Assembly (NCBI GenBank): GCA_051872395.1
Contig: JBJEDU010000030.1
Location: 1,372 to 65,371 of the forward strand
Reading direction: 5' to 3'
DNA: 64,000 nucleotides
Origin: Bacilli bacterium
Lineage (GTDB): Bacteria; Bacillota_I; Bacilli_A; RFN20; CAG-826
Both the position numbers and the translations under genes were made by a program. Below, piece after piece: positions 50,026-58,562 of this stretch. How positions within the stretch are numbered: position 1 is the stretch's first letter; each line of letters opens with the position of its first letter. The notes below the pieces were generated by a model. The model ran no database searches and was not told the DNA's origin. It worked only from the letters and a program-made list of their open reading frames with translations.

Positions 50026-51052
50026 TAAAAAAGAAAAAGTTGTCACTTTTGGTGAAATAATGATGCGAATTAATCCAAAATTGAATTATCGCATTGTTCA
50101 AGCTCAAGAATTTGATGTCACTTATGCTGGTGCAGAAGCCAGCGTTGCTGTCTCTTTATCAATGTTTGATTTAGATGCTTATTTTGTCACTAAATTACCA
50201 AATACAGAAATAGGTGATGCTTGTTTAAATTTTGTGAGAAGATATGGTGTTAAAACTGATTACATTAAAAGAAGTAATGACCGTTTAGGGATATACTTTG
50301 TTGAAAAAGGAGCTTCTCAACGTCCATCAAAAGTTATTTATGATAGAAAAAATAGTGCGATTAGTAATGCAGTTATTACTGATTTTGATTGGGATGAAAT
50401 ATTTGAAGGGGCAAAATGGTTTCACTTTACTGGAATTACCCCAGCATTAAATCCTTCTTTAGTTGATATTTGCTTATTAGCGTGTCAAAAAGCCAAAGAA
50501 AAAGGGGTAATGATTAGCTGTGATTTAAATTATCGTAATAAATTATGGAGCAAAGAAGATGCTTCTAAAGCAATGAGTAAAATCATGCCATATGTTGATT
50601 TATGTATCGCTAACGAAGAAGACGCTAAAGATGTCTTTAATATTGAAGCTAGTCAAACTAACATCAATGATGGAAAACTCAATGTTGAAGGCTATATTGA
50701 TGTTAGTAAAAAATTGATTGAAAGATTCAATTTTAAATATGTAGCGTTTACATTAAGAGAATCACTTTCCGCCTCTATCAATAATTGGAGTGGTTTATTA
50801 TATGATGGAAAGAATGCTTACATCTCAAATAAATACAATATTAATATTGTTGATCGTTTTGGGGGTGGCGATTCTTTCGGCGCTGGTTTAATATATTCAT
50901 TAATCAAAGGCTTTGATAATCAAAGTGCGATTGAATTCGCGGTTGCCAGTAGTGCGCTTAAACATTCAATCGAAGGCGATTTTAATTTAGTTAAAGTTGA
51001 TGAAGTTTTATCCTTAGCAAAAGGAAATAAATCAGGGAGAGTGCAAAGATAA
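50018..51052 (+). CDS. kdgK: 2-keto-3-deoxygluconate kinase (PfkB family)
   Basis: FGEIMMR, GAEA.VAV.L, GA.QR...V.YDR, TGITPAL, DLNYR..LW, DR.GGGDSF; ATG 50018 follows AAGGAGG. Confidence 0.92.
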   Translation: MNNKKEKVVTFGEIMMRINPKLNYRIVQAQEFDVTYAGAEASVAVSLSMFDLDAYFVTKLPNTEIGDACLNFVRRYGVKTDYIKRSNDRLGIYFVEKGASQRPSKVIYDRKNSAISNAVITDFDWDEIFEGAKWFHFTGITPALNPSLVDICLLACQKAKEKGVMISCDLNYRNKLWSKEDASKAMSKIMPYVDLCIANEEDAKDVFNIEASQTNINDGKLNVEGYIDVSKKLIERFNFKYVAFTLRESLSASINNWSGLLYDGKNAYISNKYNINIVDRFGGGDSFGAGLIYSLIKGFDNQSAIEFAVASSALKHSIEGDFNLVKVDEVLSLAKGNKSGRVQR

Positions 51053-51059
51053 TTAAATT

Positions 51060-51797
51060 ATGAGTGACATTTCATTAAGAAACGTATCAGTTACTTACAC
51101 ATCAAATAAAGAAAAAACTGTTGCATTAGATGATATTAATGTCACTTTTAAAGATGGAGATTTTTGTGCTTTAATTGGACCTTCTGGAAGTGGAAAAACT
51201 ACTTTAGGAAAAGTAGTCTTAGGTTTACTAGATTATAAAGGTAATATTTATTTTTCTTCTTTGAATGCGAACAATATTAGTGTCGACGAGAGAAATTTTG
51301 GATATATTCCTCAGGAATATATTTTATATCCTCATATGACGATTTTTGATAATATTGCTTTTCCTTTAAAAATGAATAACGCTAAAAAAGAAGAAATTGT
51401 TGAAAGAGTGTACGCTTTAGCAGATGAATTAAATATTACTCATCTTCTTTCAAGAAAACCAAGATATTTATCAGGTGGTCAAAAACAATGTGTCGCGCTC
51501 GCTCGAGCGTTAATTAAAAAACCTTCTTTCATTGTTTTTGATGAACCTTTAGCGAACTTTGATACTCCAACAAGAATGGAAGTTAGAATGCTTATTAGAA
51601 AAGCGCTTAAAGCAAGAAATATTGGTGCGATATACATTACTCATGATATCAGCGAAGCGCTTGCTATCTCAGATAGAATATATGTAATAGATAAAGGAAA
51701 GATCGTTTTAGAAGATACTCCAATCAATGTTTTCAATTCTTCTTTACCAGTGGTAAACGATTTAAAATCAATTATTGATTATGATCGAGATATATAA
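51060..51797 (+). CDS. ABC transporter ATP-binding protein (short, no TOBE domain)
   Basis: GPSGSGKT, LYPHMT, LSGGQKQ, FDEP, THD. Confidence 0.9.
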   Translation: MSDISLRNVSVTYTSNKEKTVALDDINVTFKDGDFCALIGPSGSGKTTLGKVVLGLLDYKGNIYFSSLNANNISVDERNFGYIPQEYILYPHMTIFDNIAFPLKMNNAKKEEIVERVYALADELNITHLLSRKPRYLSGGQKQCVALARALIKKPSFIVFDEPLANFDTPTRMEVRMLIRKALKARNIGAIYITHDISEALAISDRIYVIDKGKIVLEDTPINVFNSSLPVVNDLKSIIDYDRDI

Positions 51798-52266
51798 TGA
51801 AACCATATTAAATAAAGAAAAGAAAAAGATAATAAATTATGTTTTTATCATGATTTGTGTTTCTTTAATTTTGCTTGTTGGTATCATTCTTTTATCTATT
51901 TTTGCTAAAAAAGAATTTAAAACATTATTTATCGTTTTGTTATCAGTGATTTTATTTTTATTTCTATCCACTATCTCTGTCTTTTTATTTTATATTTTTT
52001 ATTTACGCGCAATATACATTGAACATAAAAATATATATGAAAATAAAAGAAGCAAAATTGAAGGTAAAATTAAAGATATTAGTAAAAACTTTACGATTGT
52101 GAAAAACATTGAAGGCTATGAGCTATTATTTGAAGATGGCTTAATAGTGTATGTCGATTTATTATTAGTGAAGGAAGATGAATTCCATATTGGTGATTAT
52201 ATTGTTGGTTATTCTTCATTGAATTTTTTAGTTTCTTATTCTAAGAAAGAGGAGACAAAAAAATGA
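51781..52266 (+). CDS. Hypothetical membrane protein (2 TM)
   Basis: Two hydrophobic helices then a small beta domain; overlaps its neighbours. Confidence 0.7.
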   Translation: MIEIYNETILNKEKKKIINYVFIMICVSLILLVGIILLSIFAKKEFKTLFIVLLSVILFLFLSTISVFLFYIFYLRAIYIEHKNIYENKRSKIEGKIKDISKNFTIVKNIEGYELLFEDGLIVYVDLLLVKEDEFHIGDYIVGYSSLNFLVSYSKKEETKK

Positions 52267-52874
52267 AGAAATTTTTAACTTTTCACTTTAAATCTAGTTG
52301 GTTTTTATATCTTGTTTATTTTCTTTTATCGATACTTATTTCCTCTGTTTTAATTAGTAATATCACCAAGACTCCAAACAGTAAAAAAGTTGATATTTTT
52401 ATTGGGGCAAATTATACCTTACCAAATGAATTAAATGATTATATTTATGAAAATAAACCTGATAAATTGAAAGAAGTTAATATTTCATATTATGATCCAG
52501 ATTCAGTGTATTTTGGAGCGTATTATGCTTCAAAAGGAATGAATTGCGATATTGTCATTCTTCCTACTAATAAAGATGTAATTGATGAAGAAAATATCTC
52601 GGTTTATATGGCGAGAATGGAGAAAGATATTATCGATAATTATTTTTCTTATTCTTTTGTATATTACGAAATAGATTCGTATTATTATGGACTTAAAGTT
52701 TATGATGGAGAGACTAAAGATGGCTATTTAAAAAATCTTTTTAACGAAGAGGATGAAAATACTTATTATTTATTTTTTGTTGATGGTTCATCGCATATTC
52801 GTTTAATTGATTTGCTTGGTCTTGATAGTGCGTCTTTAGAAATAATGAAGGTAATTAATAGTTATGTTATTTAA
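52263..52874 (+). CDS. Hypothetical membrane-anchored protein
   Basis: One N-terminal TM, ATGA overlap with the upstream stop. Confidence 0.7.
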   Translation: MKKFLTFHFKSSWFLYLVYFLLSILISSVLISNITKTPNSKKVDIFIGANYTLPNELNDYIYENKPDKLKEVNISYYDPDSVYFGAYYASKGMNCDIVILPTNKDVIDEENISVYMARMEKDIIDNYFSYSFVYYEIDSYYYGLKVYDGETKDGYLKNLFNEEDENTYYLFFVDGSSHIRLIDLLGLDSASLEIMKVINSYVI

Positions 52875-53721
52875 TAGAAGAGAAAATAATGTCGATTTTA
52901 AAAAACACGATTTACCGAAAACAAGAAAAGAAGTTTTCACTGATGTATTTAAATTGCATTTTGTTGACTTAATAAAATTAGGATTATTATTTTTGTTATT
53001 TGCGATACCATTATTCGCGGCAATTATTATTAAAGATTTATATACTCTTTATATTAATGAACAATACGTTAGTAATTTAATTACTATTGAACAATATAAA
53101 AATAATTTGTTATTCACTTTTTATTTATTTTCCGCATTAGAGGTTTTAGGTATTTTGATTTTATCTTTTGCCTTTATGGGTTCACTTAGAATAATTCGTG
53201 AATTATGTTATTTAAAACCAGTCTTTTTTAATCAAGATTATTTGATGGGAATCAAAAAGAATTTTAAAAATTATTTCATTAGTTTCTTTATTATTGGGAT
53301 ACTATTTTTTGGTGTCAATTTAATGTTCATTTTAGATGTTGATTCATTTACTAAAATGCTTCCATTAATTATTTCTGTCTTTTTAATTCTTCCAGTAATT
53401 TATATTTCTTTAATAATGAGTCAAGTCTATACCGATAAATATTTTTCTTTATTAAAGAAATCTTTCTTATTATTCACTCGTGGATTTGGATTTTATTTAT
53501 TATTCGCTTTAGGTTTTTCGAGTGTATTTTTAATTTCACTCATTCCTTTATTAATTATTAAATATGTCTTATTTGTTGTGTATTTAGTTTTTATCCTTCC
53601 TATTCTTCTTGTCGCATTTGTATGTTATAACAACTATATATTTGATAAATATATCAATAAGGATAATGCGAAAAACATTTATAAATTAGGTCTTTATGAT
53701 GAAGAAAAAGACCAAAAATAA
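52864..53721 (+). CDS. YesL/DUF624-like integral membrane protein
   Basis: Multi-TM; F..D...G.KKN.K pattern; typical of carbohydrate ABC loci. Confidence 0.65.
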   Translation: MLFNRRENNVDFKKHDLPKTRKEVFTDVFKLHFVDLIKLGLLFLLFAIPLFAAIIIKDLYTLYINEQYVSNLITIEQYKNNLLFTFYLFSALEVLGILILSFAFMGSLRIIRELCYLKPVFFNQDYLMGIKKNFKNYFISFFIIGILFFGVNLMFILDVDSFTKMLPLIISVFLILPVIYISLIMSQVYTDKYFSLLKKSFLLFTRGFGFYLLFALGFSSVFLISLIPLLIIKYVLFVVYLVFILPILLVAFVCYNNYIFDKYINKDNAKNIYKLGLYDEEKDQK

Positions 53722-53860
53722 TTTTTAATTAAATTTTTAGTAAAATTATATTCATAAATAAAAAGTTAATTTAAGTTATCAAAATAAAGATACTTATTAC
53801 TTTTTATTTTTTTATAGTCACTGTTGAATCTTTTGCCTATACACAAATTTCAATTCAGTA

Positions 53861-53898
53861 TTGACAAAAAGCAACGGGGGGGGGGGTATTCTTATAAT
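53861..53898 (+). promoter_or_regulatory. Sigma-A promoter with a G11 homopolymer in the spacer (candidate phase-variable promoter)
   Basis: TTGACA (53861-53866), AAAAGCAAC, G11 (53876-53886), TATTCT (53887-53892) and TATAAT (53893-53898), upstream of the LacI gene. Confidence 0.65.
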
Positions 53899-54038
53899 AT
53901 ATTTATAAGGTATAGCTTATATTTGATTTTAAAGAATTTTTATGTATTTAAAATTTCTTTTTTACTTAAAATTATCTTTTTCTTGAAATTTTAGTAAAAT
54001 TTTAGTAAAAAATATTAATGGAAGAGAAAAACAACTTT

Positions 54039-55061
54039 ATGAAAAAAGTAACCATCAAAGATATCGCTAAAGAAACTGGAGTTTCCCTTACCACGGTCTC
54101 TTTAGTCTTAAACAACAAAACAAGTAGCATCAGCGATGCGACAATTGAAAAAGTAAGAGAAGCCTGTAAAAAACTCAATTATAAATGGGTGGTTCCTAAC
54201 GAAAAATTTAAAAATAAAAATACGAAGACCATCGGTTTAATCATTCCTGAGATTGATGATATTTATTATTCCAAAATCGCTTCTTTAATTGATGAATATG
54301 TTACCGAAAAGAAATATGTTTTATTTACTTCTCTTTCCCATAATAACATCGATACTGAAATCGCTCTTTTAAGAAAGATGGTTGCTCGTCACGTTGACTA
54401 TTTAGTTTTCTTACCATCGAACTTTTCAATTATTGGTGACAATGTTAATCGTTTATTTTTAGAATTAGATAATTTACCAATTAACTTTGTCTTAATTGAT
54501 AGAAGTGTCAATTATAAAGATCATGTTGAAATTAGCACTGATGAAACCTATGGTGGTTATTTAGCGACCAGTTATTTAATTTCTAAAGGCTATAAACGTA
54601 TTGCTTGTATCACTGGACCTAAAAACATTCACTCGAGTATCGAAAGACTTGAAGGCTATAAAAAAGCCTTGGAAGAAAACAATATTCCTTTTGATGAATC
54701 AATTGTTTTTGAAGGAGATTATTCTTTCCCTTCAGCACTTGAAGTATCTATTAAATTATTAAAAAGAGATGATTTTGATTCTATCTTCGCTTTCAATGAT
54801 GTCAGTGCATATGCGGTTTATTATGTCGCTGATAAGATTGGTAAAAAAGTTGGTTTAGATATCTCTTTAGTGGGATATGATGATGCGAAATTTTCCTCTA
54901 TTATTTCCCCAAATTTAACATCGATTAGACAAGACTTTGATGAAATGTGTAAGCTCGCAATTAAAGAATTATTAAGCGAAAAGACTAAAAAGAAAATCAT
55001 TAAAATTAAGCCAAAACTCATCGAACGTAATAGCGTGCTTATTAACGATATAGAAATTTAA
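54039..55061 (+). CDS. LacI family transcriptional regulator
   Basis: TIKDIAKETGVSLTTVSLVLN HTH plus a periplasmic-binding-fold effector domain (ND..A, GYDD, LTSI.Q); ATG 54018 is an alternative start. Confidence 0.95.
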   Translation: MKKVTIKDIAKETGVSLTTVSLVLNNKTSSISDATIEKVREACKKLNYKWVVPNEKFKNKNTKTIGLIIPEIDDIYYSKIASLIDEYVTEKKYVLFTSLSHNNIDTEIALLRKMVARHVDYLVFLPSNFSIIGDNVNRLFLELDNLPINFVLIDRSVNYKDHVEISTDETYGGYLATSYLISKGYKRIACITGPKNIHSSIERLEGYKKALEENNIPFDESIVFEGDYSFPSALEVSIKLLKRDDFDSIFAFNDVSAYAVYYVADKIGKKVGLDISLVGYDDAKFSSIISPNLTSIRQDFDEMCKLAIKELLSEKTKKKIIKIKPKLIERNSVLINDIEI

Positions 55062-55092
55062 TTTTACTTAAATTATTGATAGTTTTTGATTG

Positions 55093-55121
55093 ACTCCTAT
55101 ATAAAAAATAGGAGTTTTTTT
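55093..55121 (+). terminator. Intrinsic terminator after the LacI gene
   Basis: ACTCCTAT-N7-ATAGGAGT followed by a T-run. Confidence 0.75.
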
Positions 55122-55231
55122 ATTACACGGTATCAAATATTTTACTTTTTTTATTCAATTTTTAAGTTTCTAAAAAAATTATAGAAAAAATTTTAGTAAA
55201 AAAATAAAATTTAGACAAAGGAGTTCTTGTT

Positions 55232-57598
55232 ATGAAAAAAATACTAAAAGTATGTTCTTTGCCTTTACTTTTCGCTATTAGTTTGTCTTTTAAAACTAAC
55301 AATCAAACAAATGAAATAGAACAAAGAAAATTCGCAAATAGAGAATTAGAAGTTCTTGAAGGCGAAGAATTAGACTACGAAAATGAATTTTATGATGATT
55401 TCTCCTCTGGTATTGATTCATCCTCTTGGGGAGTTGTTGAACGAGTATGGGGCACTAATGAATCTTACCAAAATGGTGGAACTCGTCATGAAAATGTCTT
55501 CGTTGGTGCGAACGGTTTGTCTTTGCGCGCCCTTGGAGATTATTATACTGGAAATGAATTCGTAAACACTAATGAAGGCGCTTCTTCTACTGATGGAAAA
55601 AGAACAGGTGGAGTCATTGCGTCAAAACAAACATTTGGTCCAGGCCGCTTTGAAATAAAAACTCGTATTCCTTCAATTCCGGGTGCAGCGTATGCATTTT
55701 GGGGATATCTAAATGAAACTATCGATGATGTCAAATATTATAATGAGATGGATTTTGAATTCCCTCTTTATCAATATTTAGGTGAAACACAAGTATATGC
55801 ATTCGATCGTGTTTATTTATCTACTTACACTGATGATTCTGATGAATCATTTAAAACAACAAAGTATCCAACACTTTCATCTTCGATTGCTGATGGAGAA
55901 TATCACACATTAACTTTCGATTGGATTTATTCAGAAACTCATAAACAAGTTAGTTTCTATATTGATAACGTATATATCGCTACTAACACGGTCAACGTTA
56001 GTCCATATGATATGCATATTTGGATTGGTACTTGGGTAAGTGCAAATCCATATAATTTTGGTTCACCAAAATTTGATAAAGCATACATGGATGTTAAATA
56101 TTTTTCATATGTACCATTTAAAAATCAAGTCAATGAAAAAGTGGAATCTACTTTAACTAGTTACACTGATGAATATATGACAGAAACCGATGAAGTGTAT
56201 GTATCAAGAAATATGCTTCCAAATTCTTCATTTGATTTACCTAGCTTAACTGGTTATTCATATAATGCTTCAAAAACTGAAATCCTATCAGATTATGACT
56301 ATGAAGGTGATGCTTCCTCATATGGAGTGAGATTATATAATCCTTCAGGAGGTGCAGCAACACTGACATATAGTATTTTTGCGAAAGGACTGCAACCATC
56401 GACATTTTCATTTATGTATAAAGGAGCAGGTTCACTAACTGTTACTTTATACGATTATGATGGTTCCGCTTTAGTGGCCAATTCTGACATTTCTATTTCT
56501 AGTGGAACACTAAACAAGTCTACTTACACTGAAGCATCGTATACAATTTCACCTACAATAAATACATGTAGATTAACACTTTCTTTCTATACAGAATCTT
56601 CTTCAGGATTTTATATTGATAATTTGTATTTAGGAACATCAATTACAAAAGATGAAAGACCAACTTCTTATAGTTTCTCTTTAGAAGACGGTTCATCCAC
56701 TACAATCGCATATACAAATGATTTGAGTTTATCTTTCACTAACGATGAAAATCAAACTTGGAAATCTCCATATGCTCGATATTATGTAACTGGTGCAGGA
56801 TATAAGTCTTATTGTCTTGCTAATTACGATGGAATTTTAAATAATACTGAGGAATTATCCGATGAATATAATGCAATTAAAGAATGTATCATAAACGATT
56901 CTTTATATACAGGAACTACTACTTATCATTATATCAATTTAGGATTTATGACATTTGATGTCGATTATTTCGAAGATATTTCATTAAGCTTTAATGCTAT
57001 TACAGGTACTGGATATCAAAAAGCATCAATTATTTACTCTATAGACAAAGGAGAATCTTGGCATGTTTTAACAACACAGCGAAATAATGAATTTGTAGAT
57101 AATGGTGAAGGTTATTATCGATATAACATAACTGCAGATAAATCAAAATTAAGTAGTAGTGATTCATTTTATCAAACTATTCGATTTGGTTTTGTTGGCA
57201 CAACATGGACAAATTCTACTTATTTCAATCTTGACGCTGTTGTCATCAATAACAAAAATGATTTTAAGAATCGTCTTGATGGAAAATATGGAAATGATAT
57301 TTGTTCCGCCTCTATTGGCGCGAGAAACCTCATTCAAAGAGAATATTCATTGCTCAGTGAAGATGATCTTGTAGAATTAGGTTCAACTTTAATGGAGAGT
57401 GATCCAACTAAAAATTATCTTTCTGGTTATGAATATCATCTTTCTCGTTGGAACGCTCAAGCATCAGCACTCATGAGTAGATTATATTTTGATGGTTATT
57501 CTTCTAACTTATTATTTGTTAGTTCAATAATTATTGTGTGTGGTCTATCAATTGCTTTATTACTTATCGTTAAAAAGAAACATATTAAAAATAGATAA
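55232..57598 (+). CDS. Membrane-anchored GH16 glycoside hydrolase with accessory domains
   Basis: Signal peptide; EMDFE (ExDxE) catalytic motif, F.DDF, H....DW; CBM-like N..F domain; C-terminal TM with basic tail. Confidence 0.88.
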   Translation: MKKILKVCSLPLLFAISLSFKTNNQTNEIEQRKFANRELEVLEGEELDYENEFYDDFSSGIDSSSWGVVERVWGTNESYQNGGTRHENVFVGANGLSLRALGDYYTGNEFVNTNEGASSTDGKRTGGVIASKQTFGPGRFEIKTRIPSIPGAAYAFWGYLNETIDDVKYYNEMDFEFPLYQYLGETQVYAFDRVYLSTYTDDSDESFKTTKYPTLSSSIADGEYHTLTFDWIYSETHKQVSFYIDNVYIATNTVNVSPYDMHIWIGTWVSANPYNFGSPKFDKAYMDVKYFSYVPFKNQVNEKVESTLTSYTDEYMTETDEVYVSRNMLPNSSFDLPSLTGYSYNASKTEILSDYDYEGDASSYGVRLYNPSGGAATLTYSIFAKGLQPSTFSFMYKGAGSLTVTLYDYDGSALVANSDISISSGTLNKSTYTEASYTISPTINTCRLTLSFYTESSSGFYIDNLYLGTSITKDERPTSYSFSLEDGSSTTIAYTNDLSLSFTNDENQTWKSPYARYYVTGAGYKSYCLANYDGILNNTEELSDEYNAIKECIINDSLYTGTTTYHYINLGFMTFDVDYFEDISLSFNAITGTGYQKASIIYSIDKGESWHVLTTQRNNEFVDNGEGYYRYNITADKSKLSSSDSFYQTIRFGFVGTTWTNSTYFNLDAVVINNKNDFKNRLDGKYGNDICSASIGARNLIQREYSLLSEDDLVELGSTLMESDPTKNYLSGYEYHLSRWNAQASALMSRLYFDGYSSNLLFVSSIIIVCGLSIALLLIVKKKHIKNR

Positions 57599-57619
57599 GA
57601 ATTAATATCTTTAATTAAA

Positions 57620-57658
57620 AAACTCCACGTTAGATTTTAAAGAACATGGAGTCTTTTA
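57620..57658. terminator. Probable terminator between convergent genes
   Basis: ACTCCACGTT...AACATGGAGT hairpin flanked by A and T runs. Confidence 0.55.
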
Positions 57659-57731
57659 TTTATGGATATTATTTTATTTTCTTTGTTTTTATTGGCTTTT
57701 TATGGAGTTTTTAAAATTAAATATCTTTTTA

Positions 57732-58556
57732 TTATGAATTTTTAATAAAATTTAGTGCTAAATCAATCCAGTTTTTAAAATAAGAACTATATTCAATATC
57801 TTCTTTATTATCATTTACTACTTCGTTAGCGAGACTTACTCCGTGATGTCCTTTCGCGTAGTAATGAAATTCCATTTTGACATTATTTCTTTTGAGTTCA
57901 CTAGCTAAGATAATGGAATGAATTGGGTCAACAATATCATCTTCATCACAAACAAAGATGAAAGTTTTTGGATAATCTTTATCGATATGTTTTTCAATTG
58001 AATGATACTCGATTAGTGTTTGATTTTTATGAGTAATATTTTCCATTGTTTCTTTATGTGTAATTTTTTCATCCATGCTAACAACTGGGTAAGCAACCAC
58101 AATTCCATTGACTTTAAGGTTATCTATTTGGGTATCTAGTACTTTCGCATATTTCTCTTCTTTTTGATGCGCTCCTAAAGATAAAGAGAAATGTCCACCA
58201 GCAGAAAAACCAAATACATAAATATTATTAGTGTCTACATGATATTTATCTTTATTATTTCTTATATAATCTAGTGAAGCATATCCTTCAATAAGTGGAT
58301 ATAGTTCATCTATATATGGACCAGTCGTATATTTTAAAGAGAAAACGACAATGTTTTCACTGAGCAGTTTCATAACTACTGGTTCGTTTTCTCTTTGTGA
58401 GATAAAAGAATACGCACCTCCAGGCAAAAGCAAGACAGCGTTTCGATATTCGTTATGATGAAATTCAGTGTAATTAGCCAAAGCAAAAACATCTAAATAA
58501 ACGTCATGCTTTAAATTTTTATAGATGGTTTTTAAATTGATTGTTTCTTTTATCAT
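57732..58556 (-). CDS. Alpha/beta hydrolase (BD-FAE/carbohydrate esterase-like)
   Basis: PGGAY, GFSAGGH nucleophile elbow, D..V, G.HG. Confidence 0.88.
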   Translation of the reverse strand: MIKETINLKTIYKNLKHDVYLDVFALANYTEFHHNEYRNAVLLLPGGAYSFISQRENEPVVMKLLSENIVVFSLKYTTGPYIDELYPLIEGYASLDYIRNNKDKYHVDTNNIYVFGFSAGGHFSLSLGAHQKEEKYAKVLDTQIDNLKVNGIVVAYPVVSMDEKITHKETMENITHKNQTLIEYHSIEKHIDKDYPKTFIFVCDEDDIVDPIHSIILASELKRNNVKMEFHYYAKGHHGVSLANEVVNDNKEDIEYSSYFKNWIDLALNFIKNS

Positions 58557-58562
58557 AATTAA

